Source of the DNA: an uncultured archaeon
Lineage (GTDB): Archaea; Asgardarchaeota; Lokiarchaeia; Sigyniarchaeales; SOKP01
DNA length: 64,000 nucleotides
Assembly (NCBI GenBank): GCA_964486045.1
Contig: CAZALK010000002.1
Location: 64,001-128,000 of the forward strand
Reading direction: 5' to 3'
Shown here piece by piece: positions 1 to 10,155 of this stretch. Positions within the stretch are counted from its first letter, which is position 1. Each line of letters starts with the position of its first letter. Both the position numbers and the translations under genes were made by a program. Under the pieces are notes generated by a model that was not told the origin of the DNA, ran no database searches, and worked only from the letters and a program-made list of their open reading frames with translations.

Positions 1-857
1 TATTTACATGGGAGGACCCAGACGCAAATAATACTGGGGTTGGTAGTGAAGATCGACTTGCTATAATGATTCTTTATCAAGATGCAAATGCTATGGCTGC
101 ACCATGCATGAACCCAGCTTCGAATGGAGCGACTACTAGCGGTACAGTAGACCAATGGCATTGGAAAGCCGCAAGGACGGATTCTGGTGGGGGAAAATAT
201 TCAGTGGTAAGCAGAGGAGGAATAAAATTCAATTTAACTAGTGGTAATGCTACCTATGAAAGTTTAGAATCTTCCAAAGGTTGGTTTGATTTCACAGCTA
301 ACCCTATTCCTACCGGAAACCCTCAAGTTGGAGATGTTGTTTATACAAATGGATCTGATGGTTCTTTTCTAATTGCTAATTCAACAGGTGCTACGAAATT
401 AGATCTCACTCCACATGATAATTCTTTTGCTGAAAATGAATTTATTGATACGACTTCTCGAAGGAGGTCTGGTGATAGTGAATATACTGCTTTTGGTATC
501 TTACCTACAGCTCTTAGTCCTGAGAGTCGTTATCTTGTTAAAGCTAAGGCCAATCATGCATCAGGTAATTGGACATTGGAGATGGTTAGAACCTTAGCAG
601 TCGTCAATCCTGGTGCGGATAAACCAATGATTAGTGGAGAACTTATAAAGTTTGCAGTTGCTGTCTATGACGGTGGTGTCGGTCATAACGAACACGAAAA
701 ATACATTACAAATGCATGGAAGACTTTACAATTAGGTCCAGTTCCAGTTATTACTCCCATTCCAGGATATCCATTGATGATGGTTGGATTAATAACCATT
801 GCATCAGTAGGTATTCTATTCATTATCGCAAAAAAATCGAAAATTATCAGAAATTAA
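1..857 (+). CDS. Ethylbenzene dehydrogenase-related (EB_dh/DOMON-like) heme-binding surface protein with Loki-CTERM-like anchor; 5'-truncated by window edge
   Basis: Frame is open from base 3 (FTWEDPD...SEDRLAIM). Motifs EDRLA, VDQWHWKAAR, WTLEMVR, FAVAVYDG match the paralog at 2494 and EB_dh-type proteins. C-terminus is IPGY + TM + basic tail. Confidence 0.75.
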   Translation, partial: FTWEDPDANNTGVGSEDRLAIMILYQDANAMAAPCMNPASNGATTSGTVDQWHWKAARTDSGGGKYSVVSRGGIKFNLTSGNATYESLESSKGWFDFTANPIPTGNPQVGDVVYTNGSDGSFLIANSTGATKLDLTPHDNSFAENEFIDTTSRRRSGDSEYTAFGILPTALSPESRYLVKAKANHASGNWTLEMVRTLAVVNPGADKPMISGELIKFAVAVYDGGVGHNEHEKYITNAWKTLQLGPVPVITPIPGYPLMMVGLITIASVGILFIIAKKSKIIRN

Positions 858-983
858 AAATTTATTTTTAATTAAATGTATAATCCAAAATCTTATTTTT
901 TTATTTTTTAATTTAACACCCAATTTAATAATGCCAACGAACTTTATATTTTATGGAACCATAGCTAAAAAACGCATCTTATT

Positions 984-2033
984 ATGACAACACGAGCAAG
1001 AAATGAGTCAAATGAAATTTATTATCAAATACAAAAAGTATATATGTTGTCTCTTCTGATAGAGCTAATAATTGCAAGGATCTTCTTTAGATTTGGGATG
1101 ATTTTTCTTCCGATGGGTGTTTACAACGCCATTTATTACATCGGAGTTATTGCAAGATATGTGGTCGTTTTTTTGAATTTCATACTCCTTGGATTGATTA
1201 TATATCGGGGAGCAATGTTGCTTTTTCTTAATTTTTCATTCCCAGTAGTAATCCCGGTAATAGGGCTATCCTTTGTGTTCTCCTTTTTTCTAAGCAGTTA
1301 TGCTTTTTATACTCTTAATCTTCCATTCCCAGTATTAATCCAGGTAATAAATCTGGTCGTAATTGGTTTTTCTTTAAATTATCTTATAATTCGAAATATA
1401 TTGAGAAAGGAGTTTGCAAAAGAGAAAATAATTTTCCCATTTTTAATAATACTTGTAATTACTTTGAACCTCGCTCTTATTCATCAAATTTTTTTCTCTT
1501 TAAATTCCATTTTTGAGATTCCTTATGCTTTTCATGGTTTCATGTTTGGTATTGCGCAATTAATGTCAGTTTTTGTAATTGCTCCACTTTTTTTTGCTTT
1601 ACCCTTCCTTTTTAGGGAAAAAATTGAGATAAAAGGATTTTTAAAAAAAATACCAATAATCCTAATTTGCGGTGCTGTTATCATAATTCTAGGCTTCATT
1701 AATTCACCCATCGTAATGGGTGAAACGGGTAATATGACTCCACCTATAATTTTTGGTTTGATGGTAGTTTTCGTTTCAGGGTATTATGAGATACAAGCTA
1801 GCTTACTACTCATAAACTGGTCTATCATAGTTCTTGGCTTATTTGCTCTTGGTGGTTACTTTTTATGGATTCTGGGAAAGTCAAAGAAAAATCAGACAAT
1901 GAAGCAGTATAGTTACGGAATGTTTGTTATTTTCTGTACAGCTTTTCTTTTTGTTGAGGCTTCAGATTCTTACTTTCTTATGGTACTTTTGAATGGTTTC
2001 CTTATTTTAACTTGGAGAGGCTCAGAATTCTAA
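984..2033 (+). CDS. Polytopic membrane protein (~9-10 TM), unknown function
   Basis: 349-aa ORF that is almost entirely hydrophobic segments; two His (LIHQ, FHG) in the middle. Confidence 0.7.
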   Translation: MTTRARNESNEIYYQIQKVYMLSLLIELIIARIFFRFGMIFLPMGVYNAIYYIGVIARYVVVFLNFILLGLIIYRGAMLLFLNFSFPVVIPVIGLSFVFSFFLSSYAFYTLNLPFPVLIQVINLVVIGFSLNYLIIRNILRKEFAKEKIIFPFLIILVITLNLALIHQIFFSLNSIFEIPYAFHGFMFGIAQLMSVFVIAPLFFALPFLFREKIEIKGFLKKIPIILICGAVIIILGFINSPIVMGETGNMTPPIIFGLMVVFVSGYYEIQASLLLINWSIIVLGLFALGGYFLWILGKSKKNQTMKQYSYGMFVIFCTAFLFVEASDSYFLMVLLNGFLILTWRGSEF

Positions 2034-2493
2034 TAAACTTTTATTTATTACTGTTTGCAGCATTTTTGCGATCTGCTCTTTTAAAGTTGAAAATTCATAA
2101 GGATTTGAAAAAAAAATATTACTGCTCTTACATTTCTTAAAATATAAGTTTTTCTATTATCTTTCTCTCTAAAATAACTTAATAACCGTTATAGCTAATT
2201 CATTTAAAAAGTTTAAAACAGAGTCGAATTGAGCACATAATTATTTATCTTGATTATTTTTATTGATTTTCTTCAAATAATAGCACAATTTCAGAAAATC
2301 ATTTGTTCCAAAATTTTTATTGAAACCTTACATTATGAAAGAAAAATGTTATCCATTTGAGTCAAAATAAGGATAAAACATTTCAGATCTTGATAAAATA
2401 AATTTAAATATTACTCTTTTCTTTAATCTAATATTCTTGGTGATTTTTCGAATCATCGAGTATTTTATCAAAAAATTAATATAGTTGACAAAA

Positions 2494-3732
2494 ATGAATA
2501 AAAAATCTAAAAAAGCAATAATGATTTCACTTGTGATCCTCTTGCCAATTGGGCTTATGATATCAAGCGTCTCCTCAAATTTGCAAGTAAGCGCAGCCGA
2601 TACCTTTAGACCCACTTTTTCCAGTAGTGAGTTAATACTTGATGGGCAAGGAAACGAAGCTGCTTGGACATCTGCAACTCCTTTGGTTATTACTACTACA
2701 GGAGGAACTACTACCCTCACTGCTATAACCTTAAAAGCGGTATATACAAGTGCAAACATCTATATATTGGCATCTTGGGCAGATTCTACATTCAGTATAA
2801 CACGAGATAAATATAATGTTACAGGCGGAGTTTTTGATACAGGTTTAGCAGGGAGTAATTCTGAGGACAGAATTGCCCTTTCATGGGAAATCGGGACAAT
2901 AGCAGGTTTTACCTCAAGTGGATGTGCTACATTTTGCCATTCTTTAGTTGGGAATGTTAATTTCACTAACTCTGGTGAGGTAGCTGATATGTGGCACATA
3001 AAAGCAGCAAGAGGTGGTGGTGCAACTAGCGCAACAATCGATGCCGCTCTTACAATTGATCCTGCGAGTTACGAAGCAACAGCAGGAACTATAACTTTGA
3101 ACGGGTATGCTGATGATAAACATGTAGATACTGTCACAAGACAAAGCGACGCTGGAACAAGCGTATATAGTGATAATACCAATGGGACTCATGCTGCGTG
3201 GATCGAAGCAAATCCAACAGATTGGATAGATGCAATGATATTAACTCAATCTGAAATTGATGGTGGACAAACTATTAACATTACTGAAGCTTTAACAAAT
3301 AGTTGGGCAAACTTAACTTGGGCAGTTAATAATTATACCGCGTTAGATGCTAACGTTCCTAGACATATATTAACTCCTCCCACCGGTAGCCGTGGTGATA
3401 TTGAAGTTTCAATGAGATGGGCAGATGGAATTTGGACAGTCGAGATAAAAAGAGCTCTTGATACTGGGAATGCAGCAGATGATGTTGCATTTACTGACAC
3501 ATCCGCAGGAATGTATCACTTCAGCGTTGCCTTAATGGATAATGAAGGGCAAGGTAAAAGTGGAATTCTTACTCATAGCAAATACACAGGTCCAATTGCA
3601 TTAACATTCGGTGCAGCACCAGGTACCCCTCCAGCAGCTATTCCAGGATTTAATTTAATATTAATAGTTGGAATCACTTTTGCAATCTCAGTAGTTACAA
3701 TTAAGCTAAGGAAATCAAGAATGAATAAATAA
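2494..3732 (+). CDS. EB_dh/DOMON-like exported heme protein with CxxxCH motif and Loki-CTERM-like anchor
   Basis: Signal peptide; LDG..NEAAW, IYILASWAD, EDRIA, GCATFCH, DMWHIKAAR, WTVEIKRAL, FSVALMDN; IPGF-TM-KLRK tail. ATG at 2494 preferred to TTG 2485. Confidence 0.8.
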   Translation: MNKKSKKAIMISLVILLPIGLMISSVSSNLQVSAADTFRPTFSSSELILDGQGNEAAWTSATPLVITTTGGTTTLTAITLKAVYTSANIYILASWADSTFSITRDKYNVTGGVFDTGLAGSNSEDRIALSWEIGTIAGFTSSGCATFCHSLVGNVNFTNSGEVADMWHIKAARGGGATSATIDAALTIDPASYEATAGTITLNGYADDKHVDTVTRQSDAGTSVYSDNTNGTHAAWIEANPTDWIDAMILTQSEIDGGQTINITEALTNSWANLTWAVNNYTALDANVPRHILTPPTGSRGDIEVSMRWADGIWTVEIKRALDTGNAADDVAFTDTSAGMYHFSVALMDNEGQGKSGILTHSKYTGPIALTFGAAPGTPPAAIPGFNLILIVGITFAISVVTIKLRKSRMNK

Positions 3733-3769
3733 GAATTTTTTAAAATCCCATTTTTTTTTTAAATATTTT

Positions 3770-4020
3770 CCTTTAACCTTGTGCTAATTCATCAAATATT
3801 TTTCACTTTGATCCCGTATTTGATATACGTTATAGTTTTAATGGTGTTAAGTTTGGTATTGCAAAGATAGAGTCAATTTTTTTAATTGCTCCACTTTTTT
3901 TTATCTTATCCTTTTCTTATAGCATAAAAAAGTATTACTAAACCTATATTTCTGAAAAATTTTATCAAATTATTTTTTCTAATTTAATTTTATTTAATAT
4001 TAGGGATTAGCTAATTTACT
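3770..4020 (+). pseudogene. Decayed copy of the internal part of the membrane-protein gene 984-2033
   Basis: Clear nucleotide similarity to ~1462-1710, e.g. ttcatcaaat.tttttc.cttt, gtttggtattgc and taattgctccactttttttt in the same order. Confidence 0.7.
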
Positions 4021-4456
4021 TTTTATTAAAATATTAACATATTTCTCTCTTTTTGAAACTAAATTCCTAAGTTTAGTTTATAACTAGATCACAATAACAT
4101 TAATGTAAAAAAAGGTTTCTGAAATTATCAAAAAAGAACATATAATTATTTGAGATTTTTGAATCTGATCATTTAACTAAAGTAAATTATCATTTCTATA
4201 AATATTTCTATTCAAAATTGGCGAAACAAACTTTTGATAATGTTCAATTTTATGATCGAATTTATTAAAGTCCTATTTTCGGTGTTTTAAATTGGGACTT
4301 CTAGAAGTAGAATATCGGGAATTGAAACAATTTATACTTTAATTGTTTAGATTCTCCAAGTTTAGAAATCCTTAAAATATAAGTTACTTTTACTAAAATT
4401 GAACCAAATTTTTAATAAAAACAATTTAAAATCAAAAATTAAAAAGGAAATATAAT

Positions 4457-5122
4457 ATGAGAAGAAGAAATATTTTAAAACTTTCCATTATAGCAATACT
4501 CTTAGTATCGGTTATTGGAGGAGCTTCAGCCTATCATGAGTATATTTATACTTTTGAAGAAGATCACACTGCCGGTTGTCATAATGGTAACGCTAACAAT
4601 GGAGAAAGCGTAATTGGAAATTTAACGATAACGATTACTCCGAGTGGATCTTTAGAAACCCTACAAGCGTTTACTATTGATGTTGTTATAAACAATTTTA
4701 CAGAGCTTGACAATAGTGCTTATGAGAATAGAACCACCATCGGCATTTCAAAAGATCTTGGAGATAATGCTGCCTTTCTAAGAGGTGTAAGTAATAAATC
4801 TTTTTCCAGGAGAACTAAAGTTGATAAATATGGAAGTGATTTGACACCTACAACACTTGATGCTGTTGCGCCACAAACTGCAGGAGTATACGAGCTTGTT
4901 ATTACAGCTGTCGCAGCTATGAACCAATCAGATGAAAGTGGATACAATTTCACCTTTGCTAAAGGTTCTATTAGTGTGACTGTTGTAGCACCTACTGGAC
5001 CTGCCGCAGCTCCAGGAACAATTTCAGGGGGCATTCTTACAATTATTCTAGGAAGTGTTTTTACTGTCTCTACCGTTATAATACTAAAAATGAGAAAGCG
5101 ATTTAGAAAAAAAGAACTCTAA
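4457..5122 (+). CDS. Exported, C-terminally anchored Ig/Reeler-like protein with N-terminal HxxxCH (putative atypical mono-heme protein)
   Basis: Signal peptide (ASA), HTAGCH near mature N-terminus, beta-rich domain with AP...G.Y.L, ISGG-TM-KMRKR tail; directly upstream of ccmC. Confidence 0.65.
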   Translation: MRRRNILKLSIIAILLVSVIGGASAYHEYIYTFEEDHTAGCHNGNANNGESVIGNLTITITPSGSLETLQAFTIDVVINNFTELDNSAYENRTTIGISKDLGDNAAFLRGVSNKSFSRRTKVDKYGSDLTPTTLDAVAPQTAGVYELVITAVAAMNQSDESGYNFTFAKGSISVTVVAPTGPAAAPGTISGGILTIILGSVFTVSTVIILKMRKRFRKKEL

Positions 5123-5130
5123 AATTAGTA

Positions 5131-5155
5131 TTTTAATTTTTTTTTTTTTTATTTA
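5131..5155 (+). terminator. Oligo-T archaeal-type terminator
   Basis: Long T run just after the stop at 5122; similar T tracts at ~893-912 and ~3751-3760. Confidence 0.45.
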
Positions 5156-5255
5156 AGAATCTCAAATTTTAAATTGGAATGAAAAAGGTCTTAAATGTTA
5201 AAAAATTTTCAAATTTAATCAAATAGAACAAAAACAAAATTGTATTGATAAGTTA

Positions 5256-5996
5256 ATGAGTATTAATTTACCAAATTTTATTCGAACTAATGGTTTGTTA
5301 ATTATTTCATTATACATGCTATTAATTAACTTATTCTTAATTATTGGATTAAGCGTTTCTAACTTAATAATATGGGGAGAAACGGGCAGAATTGTCTATA
5401 TAGTTTTTTTTTACCATGTATCGGGAGCATGGCTTTCATATTTTTCATTTGGGGTTAGTTTAGTTTCGCATGTTTTATATTTCAAATATAGGGATTTAAA
5501 ATGGAATAGAATTGGTACAATCAGCATTATAGTTGGGATTTTTTTTATTGCTTTTGCATTAATAACAGGATCTTTATTCTACAATGCCACTTCAGGAGGA
5601 TATAATAACATTTTTTGGCAGTGGAGTGATGGAAGGCAAACTATGACCCTTGTATTGTTTCTTTCTTATTTATCATACCTTATTTTTAGAACCATGATTG
5701 AAGATAAAGATAAGAAAGCAAAATTATCATCAGCTCTAGGAATTGCATTATTTCCTACTGTTCCTCTAAGTTACATTTCAGCAATAATATTTACGAGTTT
5801 GCATCCATTGATTAATCCCAGCGCAGGTACCGAAAGTCTCGTATCATACCGTGATCCTATAAAACTTTTTATTTTAATATTTAATTTAATCGCGATTTCT
5901 ATTTTATTTGTTTATCTAGTCCAGAAATTATATAATTTAGATTTGAATAAAGAAAAATTAAATGAAATTATCCAAAGAAAACTAATGGAGGAATGA
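5256..5996 (+). CDS. ccmC: Heme exporter / cytochrome c biogenesis protein CcmC
   Basis: 6 TM; FFYHV, degenerate WWD domain (WQWSDGRQT) and LHP histidines; ccm context. Confidence 0.88.
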   Translation: MSINLPNFIRTNGLLIISLYMLLINLFLIIGLSVSNLIIWGETGRIVYIVFFYHVSGAWLSYFSFGVSLVSHVLYFKYRDLKWNRIGTISIIVGIFFIAFALITGSLFYNATSGGYNNIFWQWSDGRQTMTLVLFLSYLSYLIFRTMIEDKDKKAKLSSALGIALFPTVPLSYISAIIFTSLHPLINPSAGTESLVSYRDPIKLFILIFNLIAISILFVYLVQKLYNLDLNKEKLNEIIQRKLMEE

Positions 5997-6148
5997 GTAT
6001 CCTGTCAGTACAATTCCAAGATATCATCACAATCACTATATGTTATTCATTATTTTGGGGTGTTATTATTATCTTAATCCTATATCCTAAACTCCGACTA
6101 AGAAAAATTTTAAAAAGAATTGAAAATTTTGAAAAAAATCTAGACTGA
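5993..6148 (+). CDS. ccmD: CcmD-like small membrane protein (51 aa, not in ORF track)
   Basis: ATGA overlap with ccmC stop; MSILSVQFQDIITITICYSLFWGVIIILILYPKLRLRKILKRIENFEKNLD has one TM with Y..xW and a basic helix; lies between ccmC and ccmE. Confidence 0.75.
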   Translation: MSILSVQFQDIITITICYSLFWGVIIILILYPKLRLRKILKRIENFEKNLD

Positions 6149-6160
6149 AGGAGGAAATAA

Positions 6161-6499
6161 ATGCATAAATCTAAGTTAATTGCGATTGGAGGAATTGTTG
6201 TCTCAATAATCGTTATTGTTTCATTGATATCAATAAACTCACGACCATATCTCCAGGTTTCTCAAGTTGTATCGAGTCCATCTCAATATAATAATAAACA
6301 AGTTCAAGTTATCGGAATAGTCCAAGGATTTTCTGGTGGAAATTTTAATTTAACCGAAAATGAGCACAGTGTATTGATTGATATGACCGGAGTTTCAATA
6401 CCAGATGAATTAGATAACGGTATACAAGTAGTAGTAACAGGTGTATTTGATTCTTCTTTAATTATAGTTGCGACTCAACTTCTTACGCAGTGTAGCTAA
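6161..6499 (+). CDS. ccmE: Heme chaperone CcmE (Cys-type, ends LLTQCS*)
   Basis: N-terminal TM, PYLQVSQV, OB-fold (VQVIGIV, GIQVVVTGVF), GGAGG SD, position after ccmCD. Confidence 0.82.
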   Translation: MHKSKLIAIGGIVVSIIVIVSLISINSRPYLQVSQVVSSPSQYNNKQVQVIGIVQGFSGGNFNLTENEHSVLIDMTGVSIPDELDNGIQVVVTGVFDSSLIIVATQLLTQCS

Positions 6500-6506
6500 A
6501 TTTGAT

Positions 6507-7232
6507 TCAATCATATAACAGAGTCTGAGAAAGTAAAATTAAGATTGAAATCATAAGAGTAATATGCGCTACTAGGAATATAATTTCATAGAACAACTCG
6601 GATATAAAACTACCCCCCAATATTTTTAAATTTAGAGAGATAATAGGAGCTGTAATTGGTAAAATTAAAGGAAATAATAAAATGGGTAACACAAAGGATT
6701 TATTTTTAACATACATCGAAAAAGCAGATACCATGCTACCGCATATGGATAAATCTAATGTCGGTAATAACACACCTAAAACAATAAAAATACCTAGTTG
6801 AGAAAGGCTCAAATTTTCAACTGACGGTACGGATAAAAAAATGCTGAAAAGGAATAAAATTACCTCAATAAAACTTAATAAAATTAAACAATAGAAAATT
6901 TTACTTAAAAGTATTATATTGCCTGATATTGGGGAAGAGATTAATCCCCCGAGTGTTCCAGACTCTTTTTCTTTAATAAATAACTTTGACATAAGATAAA
7001 TGAGGGTAAAAAAAATTATTAACCAAACTTCAATTACAAAAATTTCTAAAGGCATATTTTGAATTTGAGTGCTGAAGTTATACACCGATGAAAATATAAA
7101 AACTGAGATAATATCAAAAAGAAAAATAGAAAACATATCATTAATTTGCCTAATCTCCGATTTTATATCTTTAAACAGGATTGTTTTAAAAATTTTAAAT
7201 CGTGATTTTTGGTCTTTATCCTTATTATGCAA
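6507..7232 (-). CDS. ccmB: Heme exporter permease CcmB
   Basis: KDIKSEIR, EKESGTL, LPILLFPLILP motifs; 6 TM. Confidence 0.88.
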   Translation of the reverse strand: MHNKDKDQKSRFKIFKTILFKDIKSEIRQINDMFSIFLFDIISVFIFSSVYNFSTQIQNMPLEIFVIEVWLIIFFTLIYLMSKLFIKEKESGTLGGLISSPISGNIILLSKIFYCLILLSFIEVILFLFSIFLSVPSVENLSLSQLGIFIVLGVLLPTLDLSICGSMVSAFSMYVKNKSFVLPILLFPLILPITAPIISLNLKILGGSFISELFYEIIFLVAHITLMISILILLSQTLLYD

Positions 7233-7247
7233 CTATATGAAGTCACC

Positions 7248-7961
7248 CTAAAAATATGATTCAATTTGAATTTCTCTATATTCCTTTTTGGTAAGGAATT
7301 TATTGACCTTACCTCTTTTTAAAACAACGATTTCATCACAAATTTGTGTTAAGATCTCAATTTTATGAGTGGTAAGAATTATCGACACATTCTCTTTATC
7401 TCTCAACTCTATTAATGCATCAATTATTAATTTAGTTGTATTAAAGTCTAAACCTGAAAATGGCTCATCCAAAAACATAATCGAGGGATGATGCATAAAC
7501 ACCCTTATTAATTCTACTTTTTTTTTCATCCCATGCGATAAATTCTCAACAGGTTCGTGAATCCATTTTGTTAAGTTGAATTTTTTTGCGAATTTTTCAA
7601 TTTTGGTTTTAATCCTATTTTTATCAAAATTTTGGTGCAGATTATCATAGAACTTTAAGTTTTCAAAAATAGTCAATTCTTCATAGAGAAAAGATTCATC
7701 GGTTGAAATCCCTATTTTCTTCTTTAAAGCATTTGAATGGTTAATATAATCCATCCCTTTAATCACAATTCTCCCCAAAGTGGGAGTGATTAATCCACAC
7801 ATGATCTTTATTAAGGTTGTTTTTCCAGCTCCGTTCGCACCTGCTATTCCGATTATTGTATTTTCTTTAGTTTTAAAAGATATATTTTTGAGAGCAAAAA
7901 AGTAACCAAATTGTTTTGATACATTTACACAGTTTATTAATTCTTTTTTAGTCTCAATCAT
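7248..7961 (-). CDS. ccmA: Heme exporter ABC ATPase CcmA
   Basis: Walker A GANGAGKTT, LSHGM signature, LDEPF Walker B; immediately upstream of ccmB. Confidence 0.88.
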   Translation of the reverse strand: MIETKKELINCVNVSKQFGYFFALKNISFKTKENTIIGIAGANGAGKTTLIKIMCGLITPTLGRIVIKGMDYINHSNALKKKIGISTDESFLYEELTIFENLKFYDNLHQNFDKNRIKTKIEKFAKKFNLTKWIHEPVENLSHGMKKKVELIRVFMHHPSIMFLDEPFSGLDFNTTKLIIDALIELRDKENVSIILTTHKIEILTQICDEIVVLKRGKVNKFLTKKEYREIQIESYF

Positions 7962-8094
7962 GTAATAACCGTATTAACCATATCATATTTTAAAATGAAA
8001 GAAAATTCTATTTGATACTATCGAAAGAATTTAAAATGAAATTCAGCATTTTTATATCTTTAAATTAATAATAGAAAAAAAAGTTTTTCAGAGT

Positions 8095-9834
8095 TTATTT
8101 TATTTCATATTTGGGTTCAAGCTTCTTAATACTCTTTTTTTTTGTAAGGAACAAAGCAAGTATTGAAGGGACTATCCCGATTATTAATATAATAAATCCA
8201 GTAATGAAAAAGATATCTTGATACAATTCTAAATCAGGATTAATTAAAAATCCTATCATAATGAATGAAATTCCTACATGGATAATCGTTTTTGAATTTA
8301 ATCTAAAAAAGTATACAAATCCTTTTCTAATTTTAATATTCTTTGATAATTTGAAGATGGAAGCAAACATTGATGTGAAGTAGATTACCATTATCGGATT
8401 TATCCATACATTCAAGAGAAATAATAGTATGTAGGAAACGACTAATTGGATTGATATTCCAATAAGAATTGCTGCTATTATCCATTTAACCTCAAAATAC
8501 TCCCATAAAGAACAAAATATAAGTGTTACGGCTAATCCCACAGCTAACGTCAATGTTGTAATGATGAAGTATTCAGGACCGATATAAATAACATTGATGG
8601 GAAAATAACTTGACAGCAATAGAGTGAATGGAGGAACAAAAAGTCCAAAAATACAAACGAATGAGAAGGCAAACAAAAGAATATAACTCAAGTAGTTAAA
8701 GAAAAGCTTTTTATTCTTATATTCCTCCATTAAATAATCTAATACAATATATATAACATAAAGAGAAAAACATAATAAAATGAGTCCCACAACTACTACC
8801 CAGATTACTAACTCTGCTCCTCCTGCAAAAGAGTGGAGAGGACTTAGATTACCAGTTCTAGTAATAAGTGTAGAAAAAATAATTGCAAAGAAAATTAAAC
8901 TTACGTTTATTTTAATTAATAACGGATTTTTTTTTTTAAAAATTATTGTATGGAAGAATGCTGTAATAAAAAACCATGGAACAAGCAATACTGTTTCAAC
9001 TGGATCCCAACCCCAATATCTTCCCCAATTTAAAGCAATTTTAGCCCAATAAGCACCTAATCCAAGGCTTAAAGTTGAAACTAACCATCCAAATTTTAAG
9101 GAAAAATCGTAAAAATTTCGTTGATAGGAATTCAGCAATTTAGAGTTTCGAGTCATCACCTCAGCAATGATAATTGTAAAAGGGATTAAGAAGATCGCAT
9201 AGGTAATGAATGTAAAAAGTGGGTGCCAAATCATAAAGGGAGATATTAAAAGGGGGTTTAAACCTCGGCCAGTTGGGAATGCAAGTGTTAATTCAACGTT
9301 AAATGGGTTCATTGAAAATAAAATTATTGAAAATATTGTCGAAATAATTAAGGATGTTATTACAGAGCGTATAAACACTAGATCTTCTTTATTTTGATTC
9401 TTGATTCGATAAAAATTTATTACGATTGAATTAAACAGCATCCAGGTCATGATGGAACCGTCTTGACCTGCCCAAATCGCTACAATCTTATATATTAAAG
9501 GGAGTGTCGTAGCATTATAGTTCATGACATATACTACTTCGAAAATATTATTCAGAAAACTATACATCATGAGTATAAATATGACTAATGATAAACTCAT
9601 GTTGACTAAAGAGAAAATATAATAGTTCTGTTTTTTTATAAATAGAAAAATTATATCAACAATCATAAGAGCAATTAGTAAAAGAAGAAATAAATTACCT
9701 AAGATTAAGATAACAAAAATTCTATTACTAATTTCGATGAGGTCTAAAAGCACAGGAATGAATACAAATAAACTTGCCATTAGTACAAGATTAAGCGCAA
9801 TAATTTTTTTTGTTGATATTTGACTAATCTTCAT
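8095..9834 (-). CDS. ccmF: Cytochrome c heme lyase CcmF
   Basis: WAGQDGS, GRGLNPLL, WHP, WGRYWGWDPVET, LHSFA, IIHVG. Confidence 0.92.
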   Translation of the reverse strand: MKISQISTKKIIALNLVLMASLFVFIPVLLDLIEISNRIFVILILGNLFLLLLIALMIVDIIFLFIKKQNYYIFSLVNMSLSLVIFILMMYSFLNNIFEVVYVMNYNATTLPLIYKIVAIWAGQDGSIMTWMLFNSIVINFYRIKNQNKEDLVFIRSVITSLIISTIFSIILFSMNPFNVELTLAFPTGRGLNPLLISPFMIWHPLFTFITYAIFLIPFTIIIAEVMTRNSKLLNSYQRNFYDFSLKFGWLVSTLSLGLGAYWAKIALNWGRYWGWDPVETVLLVPWFFITAFFHTIIFKKKNPLLIKINVSLIFFAIIFSTLITRTGNLSPLHSFAGGAELVIWVVVVGLILLCFSLYVIYIVLDYLMEEYKNKKLFFNYLSYILLFAFSFVCIFGLFVPPFTLLLSSYFPINVIYIGPEYFIITTLTLAVGLAVTLIFCSLWEYFEVKWIIAAILIGISIQLVVSYILLFLLNVWINPIMVIYFTSMFASIFKLSKNIKIRKGFVYFFRLNSKTIIHVGISFIMIGFLINPDLELYQDIFFITGFIILIIGIVPSILALFLTKKKSIKKLEPKYEIK

Positions 9835-10155
9835 ATAAATTACCTCAATTGGAAATATTAATGAAAAATAATAAACATTTTCAATACTTATATTTTGGAC
9901 TAAAATGGGGAAATTTTAGCTATAATGGTTGTTCTGTGAGAGGAGATTTTGGTTAACTCTAAGTCTATTTTTATATAATTTTGGGACATATGTTAGATTT
10001 TTTCTATTGTTTCAAGATCAACTTTATTATCCTTGATTTTCTTCTTAAATAAAAAAAAATGTAAAATTTATAATTTAAAAGAAAGATTTTTTTCTATAGT
10101 CAAACTATTATTTTAATGATTATTTTTTACCATTAAAGAATTTAGTCTTGGATTC

